Source of the DNA: Dicyema japonicum
Lineage: Eukaryota > Animalia > Dicyemida
Reading direction: 5' to 3'
Assembly: GCA_011109175.1 (NCBI GenBank)
Contig: RDEW01000016.1
Coordinates: 492,709 to 556,708, forward strand
DNA: 64,000 bases
Below are positions 13,850 to 25,917 of this stretch, piece after piece (positions within the stretch are counted from its first letter, which is position 1; every line of letters starts with the position of its first letter). The notes under the pieces were generated by a model. The model did no database searches, was not told where the DNA came from, and was given only the letters and a program-made list of their open reading frames with translations. A program made the translations under genes and the position numbers.

Positions 13850-14240
13850 AAAAGACCCGCCTATGATTACCGAAAGTTAAAGAAACATAACTGGAATGTC
13901 CTGGCCATCCAAGATCTCGCGGAAAGGACTGTACAATTAGTGTGACTGTACACCAATGAGTCTCGAGATCATTAGCTCTCGTTGGAGACTTTTTGGACAC
14001 GTCCTGAGGTTGGACCCGATATTCCCCTGAATATCGCAATGGAAGATTACTACTCCTCCCATGTGAAACGCTTTCGTGGAAGACCGAGAACAACTCTCCC
14101 GGTCGTTTTAAAAAACGATCTGAAAGCCGTAAAAAAACATTGGCATCAACTGACGACCTGGACATACTGAGGGATCTGGCTAAGAACAGAAAAGCCTGGA
14201 ACTCCATCGTGTTGATTACAAATTAATTTCTTTGATTTGC
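13850..14240 (+). mobile_element. RTE LINE 3' end
   Basis: RWRLFGHVLR..PLNIAMEDYY..FRGRPRTTLPVVLKNDLK..LRDLAKNRKAW. Confidence 0.8.
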
Positions 14241-14369
14241 GGCAAAATATGGAGCAATCTGCAAGACCAATATAAGGATACGTTCCGGTATTATTCGTGG
14301 TTACATATCTATGTGCATGGTTAGAGAACTCTAATGTGAATTTTGTAAGATGCAATTCGCTTTATTTTT

Positions 14370-14570
14370 ATGTGGAATTCTAAAATTGCGATGCAGAGAA
14401 TCGCCAAAAACAATCTTGGCTGGAGTTCGACAAGTGTAGACTGGCACATGTATATCAGAGTTCTGAGCACATCAATTGATTACTTCGTTAAAATTGATAT
14501 TATCTGTTTAATGAAGGGATGACAGTAGAAATAGATGAAAGTCATTTTTCCAAGCTAAAAATATTGCTAT
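14370..14570 (+). mobile_element. Merlin (IS1016-like) transposase fragment
   Basis: SSTSVDWHMYIR followed by EGMTVEIDESHFSKLK, matching the Merlin/ISXO2 VEIDES-x-F motif. Confidence 0.6.
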
Positions 14571-15489
14571 TAAATTAATTGTTGGTTAAATGAAGTGGGT
14601 TGGATATTACTATTAAATTTTCAAATTATTCGTAAGCGAATAAAAATTGAATATTTAATTTTTAACAAAATAATTTTTTTAACAATTAAACATTTAACTA
14701 AAAAAATTATCATATATTGATTTTTTTAGCAGATGGTTTATAGCATTAAAAAATTTGAAAAAATAAAATCATTGATAGATTAATAGTTAAAATCCCAAGG
14801 TTAAAACCACAAAAATGTAACCAAAGACCGGTACGTCATGTGAATTAATAAATGATACAGTGTATCTATTCGAACTGTTTAGAGCTTCCAAATTATAAAA
14901 AAAGTCTTCACAGCACGTGTTGATGGATTTTTGTGATTAAGGAAAAAATTAGTGAAAATTGCAATTTTGAGATCATCACTCTCAACGACGAAGTGGGGGC
15001 TATTATATTTGCCAACATTGCGCCATTCTTACTTTCCTCTTCCTTAAAGTGTTTTTAAGGACGCCACTGAGGAATTGAGAGGAAAATTTTTAATGTGATT
15101 TTTTTAATTTAAAGTATTTCTGATTTAATATTAATAAACAGTTAAACAAAAAAATATCTAAAAGATGTCGTCGACTTTTGTGAGAAAGTTAAAAACGAGT
15201 GTCCCCAAGTAATGATGAGTTCAATATCTGTTGGTGAACTGACCAAAAAATTCTTCGATAAAAATCATTATTGATTTGTAAAAGGAAAGGATGAGACTGA
15301 GATGACATCAATATACTCGTAACCCCCAATTTCTATTAGAGGTGGGGAATCTGATTAATTGATGTGAGGTCCACCCGTTTCCAGATTTGCCGGAGATTTC
15401 GCGTATTTTGTCTCTCGATGTATTATCTGAGTTACAGGCTTAGAATTATTTCACTCTCTGTCTCCTCAACTTTTTGTTTTAGTCATGGA

Positions 15490-16190
15490 TCTCTTTATCA
15501 AAATTTTAAATAATAAATTTCCAAAATTGTCCATTTCCCAAAGTAATTCATCATTGATGACGTATTCAACCAATCACTTGATGACGATGCTTTAACAGCG
15601 ATGAAGCGGTTAGATTCACTTATGCAGAATTTACGGCGTCAAGAAGTCAAAGAAACTAAAGACGCATTCTATCAATTCCATAGTCAATACCAGAGTTGAA
15701 ATCCGGGTGGACACATCCATAAAGACAGATTCTCAGTCAGGTTCAATAATATTTTTGTCCACCATAAAGTAAGAACTGAAATTTTACTTAATGAAATTGG
15801 AATTACTTCTCAAGGGTTATTGAAGCACACTGAAGTAGAAATGTTTCAGAACTACGATTTATTGTTTGGAGAGCTCAACTTGCTTTATGGTGCTCCAGTC
15901 TAAGTCATACCTATTGTTTTAACCTGAGACGGTCTCGTTTCGAAGGATCTCACTTGGGAGCCATCGTAATCGATGCGCCAACAGAACATGCATCCAATCC
16001 GTTGTCCTCAAAAAAACGTTGAGAGCATGTTGGAGGAGTGTAAGTACGATCGAGGAAGAGCTGGTTACAGCAACCAATCACCTGGTGGAGTTGGCAGTCC
16101 AGTTCAATGACGTTCCAGGTAACCTGACTGAGGTGGAAGCGGATGGGATCCAGGTCAACGACTTCTCTTCTAAGGGGAGAAAGGTTTAGA
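15490..16190 (+). pseudogene. Unknown gene-family member (LKTHS..TRVE motif), frameshifted
   Basis: KKLKTHSINSIV..TRVE is paralogous to KKLKTHSVQSIV..TRVE at ~17505, with mostly third-position differences. Confidence 0.35.
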
Positions 16191-16739
16191 AGCGATTAGT
16201 AATTTTGATTTAATTGTGTCTCCTTAAAAAATAAAACTCGTTTTTTAATAAAAATACATTTTTGGAAATTTTAAACATTTTAAAAAAATATGAATTTATG
16301 TTCGTTTCAGTAAAAATTTTCTAGTTAATAAAATACTTAAGCGTCACATCGAAGCACGGAATTTTCTCAGCAAGAAACAATTGGGATTTCTCCTCAAATA
16401 TTGATCTGGTTGGAGGACAAATTTGATTGCCGGATGATTGAGTGTTCGGTGACAGTGTGACCTCATTTGGTTATAAAATCGAACGTAATAATCCTCATGA
16501 TTGTCTGCGGCACTTTACAGCGCTACTTTGGTAAGTAAATTCAATTCAGGCCGAGTTCGAATAATGGGGGAAGCAACACGGAAGTGATCTAGAAAAAAAG
16601 TTATAATATTCAAATAATCGAGAAACTACTACGCACGTTAATTACCCACTCTATGGTATACCACACAACTGACGGTCCCATCCTACTATACAACATAAGA
16701 AGTCGTCTTCTATGATCCTCGTATATTATTATTATTACA

Positions 16740-16925
16740 GCACTTATCGCCTTGCCATAATAGTTATAGCAAAGCATGTGCAATACAAGAAACAATGTTA
16801 TTAGTTAGCCTCTTCATCCTCCACGGTTACACGCAGTCGATCTCAGCATGTCCAGATCGTCCCGTCTTTAGGCATTTCTTCATCCTTTGGAGGTCTTTGT
16901 GCAGCATGATAGGTATCCTCGTATA
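16740..16925 (-). mobile_element. RTE LINE 3' terminus with (TAA)n tail
   Basis: PIMLHKDLQRMKKCLK..DDLDMLRST; 3' UTR ttatggcaaggcgataagtgctgtaataataat. Confidence 0.6.
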
Positions 16926-16931
16926 ACATTA

Positions 16932-17245
16932 GAAGTAGTCTTACGATCATTTTTAAAGTTATCATATTTTTTAATAATTATTTTTATGTTTTATTTTTAA
17001 TATCTTCCCAGAGATAACCTTCGGAGAGATTTAAAGACACATGCAATTACTGTAGCACTAAAATAAACGTCACAGTACTTGACCTTTTTTCTTTTTTTAA
17101 ATTTATTATTTATTTTAAGTAATAAAAAATAAAAATTTATTAGGCCAATTAAATACAAAAAATAACATTTAGAATTACTGGCTGTTCTTATAACCGAGAA
17201 CGTATTTCTCCTGACGATTTGGAAAGAAATACGCTCGTTACCCAG
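16932..17245 (+). repeat. ~310-bp dispersed duplication, copy B (3' half of the bZIP locus)
   Basis: Matches 7235-7545; lacks the bZIP basic-region exon. Confidence 0.9.
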
Positions 17246-17332
17246 CTCCTTTCTCTTCTATCATTTTTCATCTTCGCGATGAGCGATCTGATTATGTTCA
17301 ACAGGGTCTGTGATTTTTATTATTAATAAAAA

Positions 17333-17990
17333 ATGAAAAAAGTAAACACAGCGAATGTGACTGACCTTATTTACCACCGTCGCGTAATCAGTTTTGTTCA
17401 AGAGTGAATTTATGCTATTTCGATTCCTCCATGATTTGTAGAGAAAGTCTACTGTTTTTAGATGCCTTCATTTAAATTTTTGTCGATAATATTAAATATT
17501 CAAAAAAACTAAAGACTCACTCTGTCCAGTCAATAGTAATAACTATAATGCGGAGACTCGAGTTGAACTATCGGCTGATGTTAGATACAGCATGACAAGC
17601 CGGACTACGATAGAAGTTGGAATCACTTTTCATGAGATGTTGAAGGTAGATGAGGTAGAAAAACTCAACAAATACGACTTTTTTGCCTGAGTGCTGTTTC
17701 AAATATACAGCGCCGAAATTAGGATTATTCCTATTATGGAAGGGAATTGTGAGTAAATTCATAAGATGTTTTGGGAATGGAGATACTCTTAAGGGTGATG
17801 TTGGTGAAGTTATTCATTACCTACAACAAAAGTCTTTTGGACAGCCGTGGACAAAGTCTCGTAATTCACCCACGTGGCTTTGGAATCCAGTAGCCACAAA
17901 TATAGGGAGGAAGCGATGAATGGGACTTTTCTATCATGGGGGATGTACAATAATATCAAATATATTACCAGTGAGCTAACACGTGCAATA
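17333..17990 (+). CDS. Putative multi-exon gene of unknown function (LKTHS family)
   Basis: MKKVNTANVTDLIYHRRVISFVQE.. with several GT-AG candidate introns; paralogous segment at ~15650. Confidence 0.3.
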
Positions 17991-18113
17991 TTCTCTGTGA
18001 TAATTAATATAATAAATAATATTCCAAAACCTCCGTAAAAAATATTTATAGTCAAAATCATAGCAAAAAGGGAGAATAAAATCCTAATGTAATGATTAGA
18101 TAATATTCATTAT

Positions 18114-19885
18114 ATGGTAACCATAAGAGTGATTACTGAAATCACAGAATATTCCTTTACAGTCGAAGAATCTGTATAAACTTTACTAATGTAGACTACC
18201 GTCGAGGAATTCAAAGCGGCAATATCATCTACTGTGGTATTGGTCATGTCCTCATGCATAGGGCATTTGCCCAGAGAACCAACTGCTATTTCACCGTGGA
18301 CGATCTGTTCGGAACTCTGAGGTCCTAAGCTCCCTTGGTATAAATTATTGAATCTTCTAGAATTTAGATTTATGGGAAGACGGAATCTACTTGTACAGAC
18401 GGATTACTAACATAGCGACTGTCCCCCAATCGGCTAGTGGAAGCGTTAGCATTTTTATCTTCCGCTAGTCTCACTTTCTTAATTCCCATTCTGACCCAAT
18501 ATTCTTCCAAATATGCAAACGTGTGACATTGTACCAACACTTCATCAAATATGCTGGACGGATATTAAGCTCTTTGGAGGTTTGGTGGGTAATTAAGACT
18601 TAGAACGATAACAACGACGACGACTTCACCATTTATGACTATGTTGATGAGGAAGTCAGACTACATTTATCGAATCTAAAATATCCCTTTGTAGAGAGTT
18701 CTGGTATTAGGTTTTTCCTCGTTTTTATTTCGAGGCCTGGCCAAACCTCATTCATAAATGAGTTATACACCACGTTTTCGACCTACAGCGGCGATTTAAC
18801 ACAATAAACGAAACTTTCTACAAAAGTTTGGATGGCGAAAACAACGTAATCTTGATTTTATGAATATCCCTTAATTTAGAGACCGGATGCTGAGACATTG
18901 AAAAAATTCGAGTCACGCAGAGTTCGATTCACCCATTACATTTCTCACGTTCTTCACGGACTAACCGAGCTGGTTGGGATCATGACTAAAGAGGGGGAAG
19001 CCGAATACCAGTTTTCTCTCCATCAGGACCCCTCACTTAACTTAAATGTCTTCTTTAAGATTATTCGTAGACCAGAAGAAGAAATACACTAATTTCCGCT
19101 GACCAATATTTTAATATGATTACCTACAATCCCATATTTGTTCCTGAAAATGCTGTTATTCTTCATAATCGTCCTGGACTGAACTTGTTGACGAAACAAC
19201 ACCTAGCGAGTTCACAGAATTCCGACAAAAAATATGTATTTTATAACCAAATTGGGCATCGTCTTCCTCGACCAGTTGAGGATGACAACCCCCAAAGTAC
19301 ATTCGGAATGGATGTGGATGATTCCGTTACAGCGATAGACAAGTTTTTGAGCTGCAGTTCAAGCCATTTCCACGAACCAATAAAAGTTTTTTGAATTTAA
19401 ATTTTATAGAATTATTCATCTCACGTTAATGTCCGCAGGTCTAGTAGGACTGAGATCCTTCCATCAGACTTGCCGATGAGATTTTTCTACCGGTCTCGTC
19501 AATCGCCGATTTGGATTGAAACCAACAACGATTCGTTGATTCCGCAAGGGGTTTGCGGTTATCTGAAGATAGGAATATTCAGAGACTGCTTATACCATTC
19601 CCACATTTAATCGGGAAAATCCACAAGAACAGATTTCGCATTTTTTTAGAATTATCTAGTGTCATTAGGTCGCCTGATGCGATGGCGAGGATATTTGTTT
19701 TTTTCATATATTAAATTTATAGCGTGGTATAAGATCTGGGAATACGGAGTTTAGCTCAGATACGGAGACTGATAGTAACTCCACTGAAATCGGGCTACAG
19801 CAAGTGCTAAGCATTTTACCACTTTTAGGGGATTGAAGAGGATGAACACGAAGATCATGAATCTGACACAAACTCTCACTATTAA
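18114..19885 (+). CDS. Multi-exon UBL-domain protein, copy 2
   Basis: MVTIRVITEITEYSFTVEES-TTVEEFKAAISSTV-GICPENQLLFHRGRS.. with the same intron positions as copy 1; ORF 19116-19394 is almost identical to 1101-1376. Confidence 0.6.
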
Positions 19886-20369
19886 CGGAATGACATTTTG
19901 TTGTGTTAAATCTATTTTTTGAAATCAGAAATGTGTTATCTGTCTTAGCAATCATCAAGTATGAATATAACGGAATAACCATTAAATATAATTCCTTCCG
20001 TAGTGGAATTCTGCTGCATGGCAACACAATCGTCCTTCGGTTATGCTTTGACATCTGCTTGGAACACCGATGCAAATGTGGTGGGATAGTTGACAGGAAG
20101 ACGTAGTCTATAGATCTTATATTTTTAATGTTGATAGTCGTGGAATATTTGTAGAAAATTGAGAATTGATTTTAGAACTTGTTTTAAATTCCTGAAATAT
20201 TGTGGGAGTAAATTTTAGATAAACAAATAATTGCAACTGTTGGAATTGCCTTAGTCGAGGGTAATGGTACCTGTCTTTTAAATTAAATGGCAGTCCTCAC
20301 TGAATCGCATGGAATTACGTTTTGTTTAATAAATTGACTTAAGGAAATTAAATAATCTATTTTCCTTAA

Positions 20370-21370
20370 CATTAATTTTTTATAACAAAAATAAATAACT
20401 TTGCGTTATTCCTTCCATAGTAGAACATTGACTACAGTCATAAAACAAACACATCGGCCCAATCAACACAATAACCAATAAATGATATCAATACCTACAA
20501 ATTACACATATAAACGCACGTGGTCTTTCATTTCACAGTCAACAGTCCCACTCCCGTCGTTCAACCTCACACCCAGTGACCATCCAATTCCTCCATTACT
20601 GAACGGAAAATTGGAAAGGACGTACTCCTCAAAGCAAACTTGTAAACTCAAGTACTCCGTAAAATCAAAGTGGTACTTCAGTGTCCTCAAAAGTTATCCC
20701 TTCAATCCACATCATAATCCGCAGTTTTGGAGGAATCTGAAGATTTCTAAGGTAACTTAGTGGAATACTAAAAGTTATTCACTTCACGAAAATTGTCGAA
20801 ATCGTTAGCATATTCCTCCTCTGCTCCACAATCCCTGAGAATGAGGATCAAGGCAACAGTAAATGTTTCAAAAATTAAGCATATTTGTAAGAAGTGGACT
20901 CCAGTATTTGAATATTTGGCTCTCAGCAGAAAAAAGCCATTTCTGCAAAGAATTGATCCGGAAACGACCACCAGAGTAAACTAAGCCAAAACCTTTGTGC
21001 CAGGACTAAGATCGGTCTTCAATTTAGGAATAAAGTCACATTCAGTAGCCTTGAGTTCTACTGTTCCATCAGTCAAACATAGTTAAATTATTTTGTGAGT
21101 CTCCTTTAAAAGCTACAAACCCCTTTTTGGAAAATTTCCCGATTCATCATTGGTTTCTTCTATTTGGAGTACTGAATGCAAAAGAAACGACTCACATCTG
21201 CCAGGGATTTTATCTGCATTTAGTCAAATTGTTAACCTGGAAATCAAAAGATCCTTTGATGAGGTCTTTTTGTGGTTATTACAGAGAAGAGAACGTTCTT
21301 GGAGTTTTTAATATCAGAGACAAGCCGAAGTATATCAACATTAAAATTGTGTTGTAATCAAATTAAGTAG
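20370..21370 (-). CDS. RMI1: RecQ-mediated genome instability protein 1 (compact)
   Basis: N-terminal OB motif LCLTDGTVELKATECDFIPKLKTDLSPGTK..GSILCRNGFFLL and C-terminal motif NGGIGWSLGVRLNDGSGTVDCEMKDH-VLISFIGY match RMI1 OB1 and RMI1_C. Exact ends uncertain. Confidence 0.7.
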
Positions 21371-21589
21371 TCTACATGAATTTTAAGTAAAATTTGATCG
21401 GAAGTAGTGAGCCACTCAGCACAATTTGAAATCCAACTAAAAATAATTGATATTGAAAAGTTCCATTATTTTATCAACATCGAATGAAACCGCAATTCCC
21501 GCCATTATTTGAATATTTATTTAATTTTATTTGAAAATAAATTTTTTATTTCATAAATAAAACTCTAACAATTCCACCCTACATCGGAA

Positions 21590-22200
21590 GTCGTAAATGA
21601 TATTCTTCTCACTTATGCGGACGACATCGTCATAGCTTCACGTGATCGGACATCCAGACTGTTACTTCAAAATTGCAACAAACCTGGACCACCTTACCGA
21701 ATGGCTGCTGAAGAACCGCCTATCGACTTGCACTGAGAAGTCTGTCACAACTCTCTTCACATCAGACAAGAGTCTGGGAAGATGGACGGTTCATTTAAAA
21801 ACAAACAATAGTGTTTTCCAGTTTAGAAAATCTTAAAAGATCCTTAAGGTACACATGGCAATCTCCCCCTATGTTCGAAATTGTTGTAACAAATGTGAAA
21901 AGAAGACTAAGGTATAGAAATGTCTCGACCTCTCTCAACAGTCTTTGCATCTTTATCTGGTGTTCATACTGTGCATCGGCATGTCTAAGGAGGGGTTCAC
22001 GCGCACGAATCCTCCTCCAGAAAATTGCCCCACTCGCATTAATCATAGTATCAAAGCTTCTGGGGTGGTTTCTATGAAAGAAGACTTCTTCGAAGTTTCG
22101 TCACCTTTGAGAGAACGTTATAGATCTCGGTCAAGTTCGTTACGACAATGTTTGTCCCCCAAGCAGCAAATGCGAGAAAAAGTTTTCCCATCTAACTTGA
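21590..22200 (+). mobile_element. I-group LINE RT C-terminal fragment
   Basis: LTYADDIVIASR..EWLLKNRLSTCTEKSVTTLFTSDK; same family as 10130-11330. Confidence 0.75.
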
Positions 22201-22379
22201 CGTCAGTTTATAGGTACCCTTGTCTTCTCTATGATGTGGAAAAAGTCATACTTACTTTTCTGGACTGTCCTGTAATCTTCCCCTTGATAATGCTGACATC
22301 CAACGACTATATAGTCGGCGTAGGACAGTAATGTGTCGTTGTCATCTTGTGGAATTGGTAGGTCATTCGTAGTAGATTG

Positions 22380-23120
22380 AATAAGAGGGGAGATTATGGG
22401 GAACCTTTAGTAACGATTTGGTAATAGTCTTAATGCAGAACATCGATTGCCCTGACGTACTCAGGATATTCCCCAACTATAACTCAGGTTTGCGCCAATG
22501 TTCGAAGAATAAATTTTATGATTTTCCTTGGAAGAAACTCCAAATACTTTAGATTCCCCCTCGTGTCTGGTTGTTGTTTCCCATACAATGAAGGGTGTTT
22601 GGCGTTAAAGTCCTCGAATACTAACAAGTTTTCAAATTTTCGAGGTCAGACAAATCCACGAAAATCCTTTGGCACAAGATCTTTGAAGGGGAACATAGAT
22701 TTTGCATGTCATCTGAACCGCGAGACGACGAGTTATTTATTTTCCTGATTACCGAGTGTACCATTGACGGGTTAAAGAAAGTCATGTTGGGACATTTATT
22801 CCTTCGACCATTGCCAGAACGAACATTCAGGATTTGGACATGGCTCTCGATGTCCAATTAAATGCGGAGAGCACTTCTTGAGCCTTCTTATCGATTTCCA
22901 TAATACAGTGGAGGAAGATTGTTACGTCCACTGATTGTCTTTCGAATTTATCAAATTATTTCTCGTTTGGATTAGAGCTCGCGTTTCAGCATCAATTGGG
23001 TGTGATGGACGTTGAGGACAACAACCCATCGGAATTTATCCTTTGCGAGCTCGGAGTATAATCTCGTTGAGGTATTTGACAGCAACATCGACATTCAGAA
23101 GTTCTTTATCTGGAAGGCCG
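22380..23120 (-). mobile_element. Mosaic of I-group LINE linker/RT-start and APE fragments
   Basis: DVAVKYLNEIILRARK linker, SMVHSVIRKINNSSSRGSDD (RT domain 0), then an APE-type FEDFNAKHPS. Confidence 0.5.
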
Positions 23121-23164
23121 CCACTTTTTTGCAATAAAATCAATATAATAATATTAACAGCCTT

Positions 23165-23255
23165 TTTACGAGAGCCATAATATTTATTGCTCCGCATAGG
23201 CAGGACACATTTATTTAAGTAAAGAACAGTTAATTTTAACTAATCGTAGAACCAA
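23165..23255 (-). repeat. Isolated SINE 3' tail
   Basis: Matches 41540-41620 (gagccata..gctcc..ggcag..acacatttattta..gaacagtta..taactaatcgtaga). Confidence 0.6.
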
Positions 23256-23680
23256 ATCAATATATGATAATTTTTAGTTACAAATTAAATATTAAATTTT
23301 TATTTTCTTACGAATAATTTTATTTTCTATATAATAATTTTTTGAATTTATTATCTACAAATGTATGCCATTCGTTAAGTGTAATTTTTCGTCACTTCAT
23401 ACTGGGTTTACGAGGAGTATAGGAGCAACATTTAAATGGGAATTCTTTCTCCTTCAATCAAGTGGAAAAAATGTTTTATTGCTAAAGTAAAGTTGTTGTG
23501 ACCTGCAGCCATTAAGCACTAAATGGGAGTAACCTCTCGTAATCACGAGCCCAATGTTCTGGAAAAGCCATCGCGTCATTCCAGGTTCGTCTTTTTTCTT
23601 CTCCGCAAGGCGTCTGAGAGATAAAAATTGTCTTGTCAAAAAGTAAATGGTAAGACAAATTTACTATTTCATTAAATAAA

Positions 23681-24314
23681 TCAATTTCGTTTCCGTTGAT
23701 GAACATACCTAGGAATAGATCTTTTCAGGAGATCAACAAGGACAACAATTTGCGACTACAATTCACATCACAGTATACTGAGTAAGTCTTTTGGGGAGGA
23801 CAAATCCGCAGAGTATTTTCACTCCCATATATAACACTTCCATCAACCAGACTCCCATCTACTTTGCATCCACATCCAACATGACAGCTATTCCCCACAA
23901 TTACTAAATCACCCACGTGGGCTAACATTAACTACTAAAATACCCATAATATCGATCATATTACAACTCCCAATAGAGGAGTACACCTCTATATTATGGA
24001 ATACGACAACCTGCACCAGTCTTTAAGTGATTATAGTTCCCGATAGTGAGGACCGAGTTCTTAGAGCCTCTAAAATTCCAAATAACAAAACCTATTACAA
24101 ATAATCACATTTTCCTCGATTATGTTGTAGTTACCGATGACGACTGGGCCGCTCACAGCTATTATTTTACTGAGAGGGTGGATTATTACATTTGAGCCTG
24201 CTTTATGACTTAGTAATACCAATAGTTATGTTTCCAACCAATTCTGCCTCAGCAGCTATGAATGAAGTTGAATTTGACTTGGTACTAGATTATGTTTTAA
24301 TTGTATCACCTCAT
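23681..24314 (-). CDS. DCTN6: Dynactin subunit 6 (p27)
   Basis: Seven exons (introns 25,22,22,22,22,23 nt) give an uninterrupted MSTKSNSTSFIAAEAELVGNITIGSNVIIHPLSKIIAVSGPVVIGNYNIIEE..AHVGDLVIVGNSCHVGCGC..VIYGSEN..LLKRSIPRY, the left-handed beta-helix pattern of DCTN6. Confidence 0.88.
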
Positions 24315-24404
24315 TCTAGTGTACGCAATAATATTTAAATTTAGTTTTTATTTTATTAATAATTATTATCATTGACTATCGGAAATTTTTTGATTCCGTT
24401 ATAC

Positions 24405-25420
24405 ATGACAAGCTGTGGTCCGCTTTAAAAGAATTTGGATTCGATGCCCATCTAATATCGCTTATCAAATCTCTTTATAAGGATCAAGGAGCTATTTTAG
24501 AACAGTGTAGGGAGATACCGATTGGTTCAAAATTGGTAAAGGAATAAGATAAGGATGCTTATTATCTCCCATCTATTCAATATTTATGCCGAAATGATCA
24601 TGACTAAATTAAATACTGTATCAAATAGCGGGATTAAATTTGAAGGCAGGAACATCAATAATTTACTACCTTACTGGATTAAACAGAGGATGTCCTCAGG
24701 GAGTTGATTCTAAGATTCAGAGAAGAGAGCGCCGTATTTGGTTTATTGTTAAATGTCAAGAAGACGACTGCTAATAATGGAATAATGGAACTAAAAATTG
24801 GGAATGAGAAAATAGAGAGTTGTGATAATATTGTCATTTTGGGTTGTCTAATTAATCGGAATGGTGACGAAGGTTTTGAAATCAAAAGGCGAATTGCCAT
24901 GGGACGAGACTTCCAGAGAATGAATAGAATTTGGGAAAGCAGATAGCTTAAGGACCAAATACAGACTGGTTAATGCAATCGTGTTCCGGTTTTTTTATAC
25001 GGCGCAGAATCATGGATACTGAAATAGGCGGATAGACGAAAAATTGATGCTTTTGAACTTTGGTGCTGGAGGAGTTTACTAAGAATCTCTTGGACTTCCA
25101 AAATAACAAACACCGATGTACTCAAACGGGTGGAGACGGATATTTCGCTTGAAGGAAAAATTGTAAAAAACAGATTGGCATTCTTTGGGCATGTTTCCGC
25201 TCTGATTCACTGGAAAGAAGCATTGTGCTGAGCAATATTACTGGAAGAGAAGACCTGGTCGACCGAAGACTCGGTGGCTATCCATGGTAGAAGACGTCAC
25301 GGGAAACCTATACATCAAGGCTACTCCGAATTGCGACGGATCGGAGAAAGTGGAGAAAATTGGCTCATGAGATCTCCAAGGGTCAAACACGACTGAATTT
25401 GGATAACATAACATTATCAT
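24405..25420 (+). mobile_element. RTE (BovB-like) RT and 3' region, degenerate
   Basis: WSALKEFG..HLISLIKSLYKDQ, WFKIGKGIR*GCLLSP.LFNIYAE, EIKRRIAMG, YGAESW, KIDAFELWCWR, GRPKTRWL. Confidence 0.85.
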
Positions 25421-25519
25421 TTAATCCAATATCAATTCAAAAGTTTTAAGATAAGTTGACATTCATTGCACAAAATTTCTACTTTGCTTCATAATTTATG
25501 AAAATAACCGAACCGGACT

Positions 25520-25760
25520 TACGCCTCTTGAGGCCCTTATGAGACTAGACTCCAGATCACGGGAATGTGGTCCTGAAAATTCAGGCAGTCCTGTACGTTT
25601 ATGCGCGGGTACGAAGGAAGAACACATGCAAAGATGAGGTCTCTGTTAAAATGCATCGGGATCACGTGATAACTAGCTTGTTTTACCGTGGTCTTGGGTT
25701 AAATAAATAAAAAGATAAGTAAAAGTCTAAGAAATCGAGATCACCTGACGGCCACGAATC
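25520..25760 (+). mobile_element. I-group LINE 3' end
   Basis: THAKMRSLLKCIGIT* parallels the end of the 10130-11330 element; shared 3' UTR motif also at 34490 and 53305. Confidence 0.55.
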
Positions 25761-25917
25761 CCCTTTTTAATTTATCTATGATTCTTAGTTATAATAAATA
25801 AGTAAAAATCGCGAGGACTGACACAATAGACCGAAGAAACTTAATTAGAAATAATAGGGATTTAATATCCCCCCTATATCACATCGAATTGTAGGATAAA
25901 TGAAAGTAAATGATTCT

